A DNA stretch of 64,000 bases, taken from the NCBI GenBank assembly GCA_051252135.1, contig JBPOGH010000007.1:32001-96000 (forward strand). Reading direction: 5' to 3'. Every line of letters begins with the position of its first letter. The first letter of the stretch is position 1. This document shows, piece after piece, positions 10,225 through 19,245 of this stretch. The stretch is from Verrucomicrobiaceae bacterium. GTDB lineage: Bacteria; Verrucomicrobiota; Verrucomicrobiia; Verrucomicrobiales; Akkermansiaceae. Below the pieces are notes generated by a model. It did no database searches. It saw nothing but the letters and a program-made list of their open reading frames with translations, and was not told where the DNA came from. The position numbers and the translations under genes were made by a program.

Positions 10225-10719
10225 TCATGGGGGTGGAGGTGGCGGTTCTGGCCAGTCAACCCTCAGCAGTCCTTTTGGAGCGTGATAGTCCGAGAGTAAC
10301 TCCATGTTGGAAGTATCAAAGGTTCCGGGAATGTAGCTGATACCCAATGAGTCGCTATCGTTTCCAACTCCTGCGCTGACTGCGATGTAACCAGACTCAT
10401 TTTGAAGAACGGTGATGACGTCTCCCCAGTTATTGGGATCAGTAGATTTGTAGGTTTGAGTTTTTGGGCTTTTGTCGCTCAAGATTTCTGCCGCTCGATT
10501 GTAGTAGCGCTTGATGAAGTCGCTGGATACCCCGTCGTTGAATGTATTGATCGAGCTCGATGATTTGGTCGTGATTCGGGTGGATTCATCTACCGAGCGG
10601 AGCCTCAAGAGCGCGAATTCAGCTTCAATGTTGGGCATGAATAGCCACAGAAGAAACGGGCTGATAATGAGGACACATGTACCAAGAATGATGAGGCCAA
10701 CACGAATGACTTTTTTCAT
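10225..10719 (-). CDS. Hypothetical membrane-anchored protein, atypical composition
   Basis: MKKVIRVGLIILG N-terminal TM segment; lower GC than neighbours. Confidence 0.6.
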   Translation of the reverse strand: MKKVIRVGLIILGTCVLIISPFLLWLFMPNIEAEFALLRLRSVDESTRITTKSSSSINTFNDGVSSDFIKRYYNRAAEILSDKSPKTQTYKSTDPNNWGDVITVLQNESGYIAVSAGVGNDSDSLGISYIPGTFDTSNMELLSDYHAPKGLLRVDWPEPPPPPP

Positions 10720-10840
10720 CTTCAACGATTGGGTCGCACTTTCAGCGCTCGTGGCTTCATGGGGAGGACGTAGGTTCCCTGAGAAGTTTTTGATTCTCAA
10801 AAAAGGGGATGTTCGGGGCAGGATGCCCCGGCTCCTTTTC

Positions 10841-12259
10841 CTAGAGAATCGAGCCGGGAGAGTAGCTCGCTGCTTCAGGGTGGGCTTTTTTGGCGGAGGC
10901 GACGAGGCCGAGGAAGTGGGTGATCTGGCTCGGGGCGGCGCCGGAGTTGTTCTGGCTGGTCTCGAGGATGTTGGCGAGGGTAGGCTCGTCGAGGGGGAAG
11001 CGGTCGTCGTTTCCGAGGCGGGAGACGAGGTTGTTCTCCTTCACTTCGCCAGTTCGGAGGTCGGCGACGGTGGCTACGGCGTGCTCCTTGATGATCTCGT
11101 GGGCGGTCTCGCGGCCGACTCCGGCTTTGACCGCTTCCATCATGAAGGTGGTGGTCATGAGGAAGGGGAAGTAGTGGTTGTTCTCGGCGGCGATGACGGC
11201 TTCATAGGCATCCATTTGAGAAAGGATGGTGAGGAAGGTCTCGAAGAGGCCGTCGATGGCGAAGAAGGAGTCGGGAAGCATCACGCGTCGGACGACCGAG
11301 CAGGAGACGTCGCCTTCATTCCATTGGTCGCCGGAGAGTCCGCCAGCCATGGTGAGGTAGCCCTTGAGGATGGTGTGGAAGCCGTTGACGCGCTCGCAGG
11401 AGCGGGAGTTCATCTTGTGTGGCATCGCGCTGGAGCCGGTCTGGCCGGGTGCGAAGCCTTCGGAGGCGGTTTCGTGGCCAGCCATGAGGCGGAGAGTTTT
11501 GCAGAGCGAGCTGGGCGAAGAGCCGAGATCGGTGAGGGCGCTGACGGTGGCAAGGTCGAGGCTGCGCGGGTAGACCTGACCGACGTTGATGTAGAGATCG
11601 GGGATGCCGAGGTGGGCGACGATGCGGCGTTCGAGGTCGGCAACCTTGGAGGCGTCGCCATCGAAGAGGGAGATGGTGTCCATCTGGGTTCCGACGGCTC
11701 CTTTGAGTCCGCGGACCTTGTAGTGGGAGATGAGGTTTTCGAGAGAGGAGTAAGCGCCGTGGAGTTCTTCGCCGAACATCGCGATGCGCTTGCCGAAGGT
11801 GGTGGGCTGGGCGGCGACGTTGTGGGTGCGGGCGGTGATGATGAGGTCCTTCCATTGGTCGGCGCGCTCGCCAAGGCGGGCAAGGGTGGTGACGGCTTTG
11901 TCACGGATGATGAGGAGGGAGCGGAAGACCTGGAGCTGCTCGACGTTCTCGGTGAGATCGCGTGAGGTCATGCCTTTGTGGATGTGCTCGTGGCCGGCGA
12001 GGTCGTTAAACTCCTCGATGCGGGCTTTGACATCGTGGCGGGTGATGCGCTCGCGCTCGGCGATGGCGGGGAGATTGACCTGATCGATGACCTTTTCGTA
12101 AGCGGCGATGGCATCGGCAGGGATGTCGAGGCCGAGGTCGTGCTGGGCCTTCATGACGGCGATCCAGAACTCGCGTTCGAGGATGATGCGTCCTTCGGCG
12201 GACCAGATGTTGGCGATGGCGGGAGAGGCGTAGCGTTCGGCGAGGACGTTTTGGATCAC
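10841..12259 (-). CDS. purB: Adenylosuccinate lyase
   Basis: RYAS, TRHDV, HKGMTS and the SSAMPHKMN fumarase/lyase signature. Confidence 0.95.
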   Translation of the reverse strand: MIQNVLAERYASPAIANIWSAEGRIILEREFWIAVMKAQHDLGLDIPADAIAAYEKVIDQVNLPAIAERERITRHDVKARIEEFNDLAGHEHIHKGMTSRDLTENVEQLQVFRSLLIIRDKAVTTLARLGERADQWKDLIITARTHNVAAQPTTFGKRIAMFGEELHGAYSSLENLISHYKVRGLKGAVGTQMDTISLFDGDASKVADLERRIVAHLGIPDLYINVGQVYPRSLDLATVSALTDLGSSPSSLCKTLRLMAGHETASEGFAPGQTGSSAMPHKMNSRSCERVNGFHTILKGYLTMAGGLSGDQWNEGDVSCSVVRRVMLPDSFFAIDGLFETFLTILSQMDAYEAVIAAENNHYFPFLMTTTFMMEAVKAGVGRETAHEIIKEHAVATVADLRTGEVKENNLVSRLGNDDRFPLDEPTLANILETSQNNSGAAPSQITHFLGLVASAKKAHPEAASYSPGSIL

Positions 12260-12324
12260 GGAGGAAGGGAAATGTTAAATGCTGAAAAATGGAACTCTAA
12301 ACGCGATGAATTGAGAAGGATCAT

Positions 12325-12490
12325 TGAGAACGCGGAGGAAGTAGAGGCTTGAGTGGGGAGGTTTTTTTAACCGCAGATGGACAGGATAGAGGGGATGGCT
12401 TGGATGGGGGGCTTGGGATGAGGGGGTTTTTCGGGGCTTGGTTGGGGAGGTGGAGCCGCAGATTGCGCAGATGGACGCAGATTTTTTTGA
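12325..12490. repeat. Short dispersed repeats (AACCGCAGATGGACAGGAT, CCGCAGATTGCGCAGATGGACGCAGAT, AACGCGGAGGAAGTAGAG)
   Basis: CGCAGAT-type 9-periodic motifs in the intergenic region. Confidence 0.5.
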
Positions 12491-12545
12491 AGATGGAAAG
12501 AGGGGGAGCCTTGCGACGGTCATAGACCGCCGCTACAGTGCGGAT

Positions 12546-12983
12546 ATGGTTGATGTGAAGGAGTTGAAGGCGGTTTTGGGGGAGAATTTGGGGAAGCGGG
12601 TGCAGTTGGTGTTGCCGGGGGGAGAGGCGGTTCCGCAGCATTTTCATGTGACGGAGATTGGGGGGGTGCGGAAGGATTTTATTGATTGCGGGGGAACGCA
12701 GCGGGTGAGTTCGTGTTGCCTGATCCAGTGCTGGGTGGCGACGGACGTGGAGCACCGGATTGTGGCGGAGAAGTTTTTGGGGATTTTAAATTTGGGGAAG
12801 AAGGTGCTGGCGGGGGATTTTTTGCCGGTGGAGGTGGAGTATGAGGAGGGCGTGATTTCGCAGTATCCTCTGAAGGAGATTGAGGTGACCTATGAGGCGG
12901 TGGTGCTGCGATTGATGACGAAGCACACCGATTGTCTCGCGAAAGAGAAGTGCGGGATTCCGGAGGCGGAAGAGGACTGTTGA
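12546..12983 (+). CDS. DUF6428-like protein (metal/arsenic-locus associated)
   Basis: HFHVTEIG, FIDCGG and TDCLAKEKC motifs. Confidence 0.7.
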   Translation: MVDVKELKAVLGENLGKRVQLVLPGGEAVPQHFHVTEIGGVRKDFIDCGGTQRVSSCCLIQCWVATDVEHRIVAEKFLGILNLGKKVLAGDFLPVEVEYEEGVISQYPLKEIEVTYEAVVLRLMTKHTDCLAKEKCGIPEAEEDC

Positions 12984-12989
12984 GGGCCC

Positions 12990-13871
12990 TTAGGTGGAGG
13001 TTGCTAGGATAGCAGCCAGAGATGAGATCAGCTTTTCGCGCAGCGGGAGGGCTTTGAGGTAGAGGGCGTGCTGGACGCGTTCGTATTCGCGTCGGCCCTC
13101 CGGGGTCTCGACCTTGATGGGGGGGTAGCCCCAGTCGGAGAGATCGTAGGGAGCGGCGCGCATGTCGATCTCGCGCGCTTCGATGGCGAAGAAGAGGGTT
13201 TCGCGGAGGAGATCGCAGGAAATCCAGGGGGAGCTTTTGTAGGCCCACTTGTAGAGGTCCATGTTGGCGTGGATGCAGCCGGGTTGTTCGTGTTCCTCGC
13301 GGGTGAGGAGAGTGGGTGAAAGTTTGTTGAAGGCGACGGCGTCGGGCGCGAAGAAGCGGAAGGCATCGAAATGGGAGCAGGTGACGGGGCGGGAGGCGAC
13401 GAGGGCGTCGATTTCTTCCTGCGGGAGTCGGAGGGGTGCGGAGCCGCGGTGGCGAATGTCGGCTCCGGTGTAAACCATGGCCCACTCGTGAAGGCCGTGG
13501 CAGGCGAGGAGAGGAGGGCGGGATTGGGTGAGTTGGAGAAGATTGTGGATCCAGAGGAGTCGCTCGCGGCCTTTTGCGGTGAGGAGGGAGGGATCGATGG
13601 TGACGGTATTGTTCTCCCGCCGGTAGTATTTCGGGGAGAAATCGTGGGTGGGGTCGGCGTCGAGGGTGATTCCGAATCCGGGGTGCCATTTTTCGAGGCG
13701 GCCGAGGGAGTAGGAATAGTAGGTGTGGAGGAAGTCGAGGACGGGGTGTTTTTCGTGGCGCGACTTACGGACCCTCATGGGGAGGGTGATTTGTTCGACT
13801 TGTTTTCGATGCTCAAGGGCGTGCGCCTGCCAAGTGGAAGCGCTGAGAACATTGGAGGGATCGGTTTGCAT
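12990..13871 (-). CDS. Conserved protein commonly annotated '3-methyladenine DNA glycosylase' (function unverified)
   Basis: HPVLDFLHTYY, CHGLHEWAMVY, CSHFDAFRFF, EQPGCIHANMDLYKW, DMRAAPYDL. Alternative GTG start at 13907. Confidence 0.7.
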   Translation of the reverse strand: MQTDPSNVLSASTWQAHALEHRKQVEQITLPMRVRKSRHEKHPVLDFLHTYYSYSLGRLEKWHPGFGITLDADPTHDFSPKYYRRENNTVTIDPSLLTAKGRERLLWIHNLLQLTQSRPPLLACHGLHEWAMVYTGADIRHRGSAPLRLPQEEIDALVASRPVTCSHFDAFRFFAPDAVAFNKLSPTLLTREEHEQPGCIHANMDLYKWAYKSSPWISCDLLRETLFFAIEAREIDMRAAPYDLSDWGYPPIKVETPEGRREYERVQHALYLKALPLREKLISSLAAILATST

Positions 13872-14014
13872 GGGCTCCAACGAATCAGAGTGAGCAGCGG
13901 GATTCACTCGTCATCATTGGAAAGAGTGACAACTCTTGCAAGGCTTGGTGGTCCGGAAACCGAGGGGGTCGAACAGCTGAGGCGAAGAAAACACTCTGAC
14001 CAGGCACCCGGCTA

Positions 14015-14650
14015 TCAGCGTCTGCGACGGATAAGGCTGAAACCACCAAGGGCACAGAGAAGCGCGCTAGTCGGCTCGGGGACGGACGCGGAACCCGTCG
14101 TGAACGAGATGCTCTCCGTGGTGCCCGATGGAGTCGTCCAAGAAGTCGATGATGTGCGTTCGGGAATAAACCCCAGGGCTGTGAGGGTTGTATTTGGCGC
14201 CGTAGCGGTATAAGTGAGGCCGGTAGGAAATTGGTTTTTGTTCAATTCATCTGCCACGATCACGGTTCCGCTTTCGCCGATGATGACGAGAGGGATTGCG
14301 CTAAGTTCCGGAATAAAGTGGAAGCTGGAACCCAGACTAAGGATCGATGATGACGCACCACTGTAGGCAAAGGGGGCGTAACCGGACGAGCCGAACGAGG
14401 GTGATTGACCGGGACTCAGAATTGTATGGGTATCGGGGGCTGCCAAGAACGGGAGAAGGCTATTCGAGGCTCTGGATGAGCTGTAGGTTGAGGCGAGGTG
14501 GAGCCCCCTGAGGTCAACATTTCCATTCAATACCACAGAGACATTGAGCCCATCATTAAAGATATCTACCGTGATCTGAGATTGAGCCGGGAGTGAGAGT
14601 GCGCCGAAAATCAGGGCGACAGATGTGGGAGTAAGGTGTTTTGTGAACAT
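14015..14650 (-). CDS. PEP-CTERM sorting domain protein
   Basis: Signal peptide; C-terminal VPEPTSALLCALGGFSLIRRRR. Confidence 0.9.
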   Translation of the reverse strand: MFTKHLTPTSVALIFGALSLPAQSQITVDIFNDGLNVSVVLNGNVDLRGLHLASTYSSSRASNSLLPFLAAPDTHTILSPGQSPSFGSSGYAPFAYSGASSSILSLGSSFHFIPELSAIPLVIIGESGTVIVADELNKNQFPTGLTYTATAPNTTLTALGFIPERTSSTSWTTPSGTTESISFTTGSASVPEPTSALLCALGGFSLIRRRR

Positions 14651-15079
14651 TGTGTAAGGGTGTTTGCCACATGACCACGTTGATGTGGTGAGATTGTGTC
14701 ACCTCAGTGTTTGAGCGAGAACCTGCGACTGTCGAATTTTCATTTTGATTTTGGAGGGGATGGGTCGGTCCTTGTTTTGCTTATTTATTTAATCTGTTGG
14801 TGAGTAGCTCATTAGGGGTTGTTGCTTCTGTTCCCGATCAAAAAAAAGATGGGGTTGGAGGGATGGTTAGCTTTCAGATATGTCTGATGATTGGGGCAAC
14901 TTTTTCAAAGGGAGTGGCTCATTTTGATGCTAACAGCACACTGGGATTCCTGGCGCTTGGGGTCCTCGACGAAAATAAGAAAGCGTCGCTGAAGGAATCC
15001 GAGACTCTACTCGCATGAGAGAGAAATGCTTTTCCCGAAGCGGGTCCGGCAATGAGGGAGTGGGGGGCCTGAAAATGGC

Positions 15080-15109
15080 GAAGGCCGGATTCTTGCGAAT
15101 CCGGCCTTC
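15080..15109 (-). terminator. Hairpin terminator downstream of tRNA-fMet
   Basis: GAAGGCCGGATTC-ttgc-GAATCCGGCCTTC perfect stem directly after the CCA end. Confidence 0.7.
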
Positions 15110-15111
15110 AT

Positions 15112-15188
<77 letters not shown>

Positions 15189-15342
15189 ATCTATTTGGTG
15201 TCCTCTCGGACGGGCGGAAGCTAGGATTGGATTGGAAGGATCGCAAGTAAAAACTGAGAGAAATCCCAAGGAAGGGGAATGGTGATTAAAAGGGTTTGAT
15301 TGCAAAGGAAGGTGGAGTTGTTCAGGGTGACGGTCGCAGGAC

Positions 15343-16014
15343 GTGATGGAGGATATTCCAGAGGACCAGATCATCAAAAAACTCTACCGGGCGGGAAGCT
15401 TTGCGAAGAGTCCGATCGTATGCCCATCGTGCTTTTTAAAGATCGATGAGGTGGTGGAGCGGTGTCCGCGGTGTGATTTTTCGGGGGACGTGGCGGTGCA
15501 GCGGTATCCGTTTGCGGCGCCGCGGATGGAGCGTTTTATTGATTCGGCGGGGAAATTTGATGAGCGGGCGAGGAAGGCGATTGCGAGGAAGCTGGATGGG
15601 TTGGCGAAGCAGTTTCCGCAGGTGAGGATGTGTTTTTGCGCGCTGGAGCTTCCGGAGCATGTGGATTTGAGGGAATTTGGATTTTGGATGTTCAATGCGA
15701 GTCCGGTGGAGGATCCTGCGGAGGCGGAGCGTCGGCCGTGGACGATTCTGCTACTGATCGACCATGTGATTGGGCGGGCGACGGTGGTGAGCGGGTATGC
15801 GATTGAGCCCTTTGTGCGGGATGACCGTTGGGAGACCTTGTTGCGACTGGAGAGGGAGTATTTTTTCAAACAGGATTATGCGGAGGCGGGATGTCGGTTT
15901 GTGGATGGGGCGGAGAAGATTTTGCGCGAGGGGGCGAATCGGGCGGAGATGAAGATGGGGAGTCAGATGAAATCGGTTCGGAAACGGGGAAAAAGTAGAA
16001 AGTGGCGGAAATGA
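15343..16014 (+). CDS. Zinc-ribbon + TPM-like domain protein
   Basis: CPSC...CPRC followed by a TPM-like region (ILLLID...GYAIEPFV). Confidence 0.6.
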   Translation: MMEDIPEDQIIKKLYRAGSFAKSPIVCPSCFLKIDEVVERCPRCDFSGDVAVQRYPFAAPRMERFIDSAGKFDERARKAIARKLDGLAKQFPQVRMCFCALELPEHVDLREFGFWMFNASPVEDPAEAERRPWTILLLIDHVIGRATVVSGYAIEPFVRDDRWETLLRLEREYFFKQDYAEAGCRFVDGAEKILREGANRAEMKMGSQMKSVRKRGKSRKWRK

Positions 16015-16796
16015 AAGTGTTCTTTTTGATGTTGGTCTTGGCAGGAATGGGGTGTGCCCAGGATTCTTTTTTGGAGACGGGGGTGCCGGATGTGCTGGAT
16101 GGGCACGTTTATGATCCGGGCCGATGGTTGATTGAAGATCGGCGTCAGGAGATTGAGCGAACCTTGCAGGAAGCCGAGGATCGCTGGGAGGTGAAGCTGT
16201 ATGCGGTGGTGCTGGAGCAAGAGCCGGTGGTGGGTGCGGAGTCCTTTGCGCTGAAGTTGGGGCGTCGCTGGGGTGGAAGTGGCGTTTGGGGGGTGGTGAT
16301 TCACGTGCCGGGAGCGGAGAATTCGCCCTGGTGTGTGGCGGAGCGAGGAGAACTGGCTGATTGGGGAGATAAGAGTGTGTTTGATGAAGCGGTGCAGCGG
16401 GCGGTGCAGCGGGCGAGGCGGGAAACGGAGGAGCGCTTGCGTTTGCAGGTGGCTTGTCGGGAGTTGACGGATGAATTGGGCTTTCTGGGAGTGACGATTC
16501 AGCGGCGATCGGAGGCTTTGAGTAAGTTCCGGAGTGACGGGTTAACCAAGGCTCAGAATCACTGGAAATTACGCAAGTTTTTCAGGCCGGCCCTGATGGT
16601 GGGAGGGCCCTTGCTGCTTCTACTGGGGTTTCTGTTTGTGCTGGCGATGAAGAGGCGGTGGAGCAGAAGGAAGACGGAGTTTATTTTTCCGGAAACGGAG
16701 TATCGGTATCGGTTTCAGGGGCCCTGGAGTGGAGGGGGGAATGTGATGCTGCGCTTTACGAGCAAGGTGGGGGAAGACGGATCGCGGAGGGGATAG
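16002..16796 (+). CDS. Secreted TPM-like domain protein with C-terminal TM helix
   Basis: Signal peptide, HVYDPGRWL, TM helix, C-terminal GPWSGGG; overlaps the upstream gene. Confidence 0.6.
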   Translation: MAEMKVFFLMLVLAGMGCAQDSFLETGVPDVLDGHVYDPGRWLIEDRRQEIERTLQEAEDRWEVKLYAVVLEQEPVVGAESFALKLGRRWGGSGVWGVVIHVPGAENSPWCVAERGELADWGDKSVFDEAVQRAVQRARRETEERLRLQVACRELTDELGFLGVTIQRRSEALSKFRSDGLTKAQNHWKLRKFFRPALMVGGPLLLLLGFLFVLAMKRRWSRRKTEFIFPETEYRYRFQGPWSGGGNVMLRFTSKVGEDGSRRG

Positions 16797-16847
16797 CGGG
16801 ATTTTTTGCTCTTTCGTGAAGGGGGGAGGCGTGTCATTATTCTTTTC

Positions 16848-17570
16848 ATGACAATCAAGACTTCTTTGGCACTTATGGTGTTTCTCCCGATATTGGGTTG
16901 GGCTCAGGACGAAGTGAAGGCGCCGGTGGCGAGTGAGCCGCTGCTCAAGCTGACTGCCGGGGACCAGTGGGTGTATGAGACCAAGGTGATGGCTCCGAGG
17001 AATGCGAAGATGCCCCAAGGCGAAGGCGTGGAAGTGAAAGAGACGGCGGATGGAGTGGTATCGACCTTTTCCAAGACGCGAATTTACGAAGGGAAGAAGG
17101 CCCCGAAGGAAGGGAGTCCGGAATTTGACAGCTTCCGGATCGAGCGGAACGGGAAGGTGGAGGAGTATGAGTATTCCGAAGTGAGAAATGATGCGATTTA
17201 TGCCCGTGGATGGAAGAAGGAGGGGGAAGAGCCGGGCTCGGTGTTTCTTTTGACGAAGCCTTTGCTAATGATCACGGCGAGCAATCGCCCGGGTGATCAG
17301 TGGGAAGTTAAGTCGGGGGACGGGAAAGAAACTCCGCTTTTTAACCGGAAGTTTCGCGTCTTTGGCGTGGAGACGGTGAAGGTGCCCGCAGGGGAATATG
17401 AGGCGATGCGGATCGAGGTGAGCGGGGATTCGGGGGCCGTCGAGATCAAGCGAACCTATTGGTTTGCGAAGGGCGTGGGCGTGGTGAAAGAGGAGAAGAC
17501 GTATTATTCACAGACGAAGCGCTTAATTCATCAGGAGATGGTGCTGACGAAGTATACGCCGGTGAAGTAG
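16848..17570 (+). CDS. Secreted hypothetical protein (beta-rich; ETVKVPAGEY...YWFAKGVGVVK motif)
   Basis: Signal peptide and a widespread VPAG / W.A.GVG.VK motif. Confidence 0.7.
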   Translation: MTIKTSLALMVFLPILGWAQDEVKAPVASEPLLKLTAGDQWVYETKVMAPRNAKMPQGEGVEVKETADGVVSTFSKTRIYEGKKAPKEGSPEFDSFRIERNGKVEEYEYSEVRNDAIYARGWKKEGEEPGSVFLLTKPLLMITASNRPGDQWEVKSGDGKETPLFNRKFRVFGVETVKVPAGEYEAMRIEVSGDSGAVEIKRTYWFAKGVGVVKEEKTYYSQTKRLIHQEMVLTKYTPVK

Positions 17571-17577
17571 GGAGGCG

Positions 17578-19017
17578 TTACTGTTCCCCGTGGGTGAAAT
17601 CGCGGGTTTCGAAGCGCATGAGTGGCGGGATGAAGGTGAGGGGGATGTTCCCGGTTTCGCCATTTCGGTTTTTGGCGAGGACGAGTTCGGATTCGCCGCT
17701 GTCTTCTTCTTTTTCTTCGGCGGATTCCGCGTAGTAGGCTTTTCGGTAAAGGAGTCCGACCATGTCGGCATCCTGCTCGATCGATCCGGATTCCCGGAGG
17801 TCGGACATGCGGGGGACGCCGAGGGATGAGCCGGTGCGGCTTTCCGGGCCACGGTTGAGCTGAGCGAGGACGATGACGGGGATGTTGAGCTCTTTGGCGA
17901 TGGCTTTGAGTCCGGCGGAGATTTCCGCGATTTCCCGTTCGCGGGAGTTGGAGGCCTGCTTGGTGGTGGAGCGCATGAGCTGGAGGTAGTCAATGGCGAT
18001 CAGGCCGATGCCCTCGTCACGGTGCTTGCGGCGAGCCTTGGCACGGAGGTCGTTGATGGTGATGGCGGCGGTGTCGTCGATAAAGAGCTTGGAACTGGCG
18101 ACCTCGACCGAGGCGCGCTTGATGCGTTGGAGGTCAGCCTTGCTGGGTTGGTAGCCGCTTTGGAGCTTGGAGAAGGGGAAGCGAGCGCGTGAGAAGACGA
18201 GGCGCTGGACGATTTGTTGGGCACCCATCTCGCAGGAGAAGACCATGGCGGGAACGTTTTGGTCGATGGCGACGTGCTCCACGATGTTCATCATGAAGGA
18301 GGTCTTACCCATGGAGGGGCGTGCCGCGATGACGAACATGTCGGTGGGTTTGAGGCCGCCGCCTTTTTTATCGAGGTCGACATAACCGGTCTTGAGTCCG
18401 GGGGTGCCGCGATCACCCGCGAGGAATTCCTCGAAGTATTTCATGACGGCGGTGACGGTTTCCTTAATTGTTTCCTCGGTGCCGCTCTCGGAGGCCTCGC
18501 GGATTTTAAGGACGTCTTGTTCGACGCCATCGAGGAACATCTGGACGTCCTCGGGGTCATCGTAGGCCTCGGTGATGGAGGAGGTGCAGGAGTGGATGAC
18601 GGAGCGGAGAATGAACTTCTCTTTGACGATGGAGAGGTGGGAATCAAAGTGCGCGGCGGTGGGCGCGTAGGTGTAGATCTCGGTGATGGCCGCGGGTCCG
18701 CCCATTCCTTCGAGAAGGTTGCGGTCCATGAGGTATTGGTTGAGCGAGATGAGCTCGACGGATTTATTTTCCTCGAAATGGCCGGTGAGGACCTCGAAGA
18801 GTTTTCCGTGTGAGGGGACGTAGAAATGGCTGGGGGTGAGGTGGTTCTCGATGGCGCGGCCGATGTATTCCTCGGGGTCCTGAAGCATGGAGCTGAGGAG
18901 GCTTTTTTCAGGACCGATGGCGTGAGGAGGAGCGGCCAAATCGGGATTGGATTTCTCTTTTGAAGGGGTCTGAAGTTGAGGTCCCTTGCGTTCGAACATT
19001 TCCTGTGGATCCGCCAT
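17578..19017 (-). CDS. dnaB: Replicative DNA helicase
   Basis: AARPSMGKT, IDYLQLM, LAQLNR, SDLRESGSIEQDAD, AKNRNG; no intein. Confidence 0.97.
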   Translation of the reverse strand: MADPQEMFERKGPQLQTPSKEKSNPDLAAPPHAIGPEKSLLSSMLQDPEEYIGRAIENHLTPSHFYVPSHGKLFEVLTGHFEENKSVELISLNQYLMDRNLLEGMGGPAAITEIYTYAPTAAHFDSHLSIVKEKFILRSVIHSCTSSITEAYDDPEDVQMFLDGVEQDVLKIREASESGTEETIKETVTAVMKYFEEFLAGDRGTPGLKTGYVDLDKKGGGLKPTDMFVIAARPSMGKTSFMMNIVEHVAIDQNVPAMVFSCEMGAQQIVQRLVFSRARFPFSKLQSGYQPSKADLQRIKRASVEVASSKLFIDDTAAITINDLRAKARRKHRDEGIGLIAIDYLQLMRSTTKQASNSREREIAEISAGLKAIAKELNIPVIVLAQLNRGPESRTGSSLGVPRMSDLRESGSIEQDADMVGLLYRKAYYAESAEEKEEDSGESELVLAKNRNGETGNIPLTFIPPLMRFETRDFTHGEQ

Positions 19018-19078
19018 GAGGGGAGAATGTTTGAGAGGAGCGCCAGAGGCAATGTTGATAAGAGAAATCTGCGGCGAC

Positions 19079-19245
19079 TGTGAATAGCTGCGAGCAGATT
19101 CGGATTCTATTGCGTCGTGCTTCGAGTAGAATACTGATTTAGAGTGGCTTGAGCTTCTCCCAGAAGGAAGAGGGAGCCTGTGACCAAAGTGTGAATATCT
19201 TGTTCACAGGTTGTCGTTAAGGCGTTGTTCACAGACTTGTGCACA
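19079..19245. promoter_or_regulatory. Cluster of DnaA-box-like 9-mers upstream of dnaB
   Basis: TGTGAATAG 19079, TGTGAATAT 19190, TTGTTCACA 19200 and 19225, TTGTGCACA 19237; each is one mismatch from TTWTNCACA. Confidence 0.5.

Noticed and set aside
10200..10800. Isolated integron cassette around the atypical 10225-10719 gene
   Set aside because: A GTT precedes the ATG, but no complementary inverse core or convincing attC hairpin was found.
10511..11965. Long antisense ORFs (this one, 28227-29801, 29925-31700, 59578-61233 and others)
   Set aside because: They are shadows of well-supported genes on the opposite strand, caused by high GC and codon bias, and lack motifs.
14797..15018. 73-aa ORF next to tRNA-fMet
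   Set aside because: TTG start, no motif, lies in an AT-rich promoter-like region.
17578..19017. Intein in DnaB
   Set aside because: Length is normal (479 aa) and the helicase motifs are contiguous.
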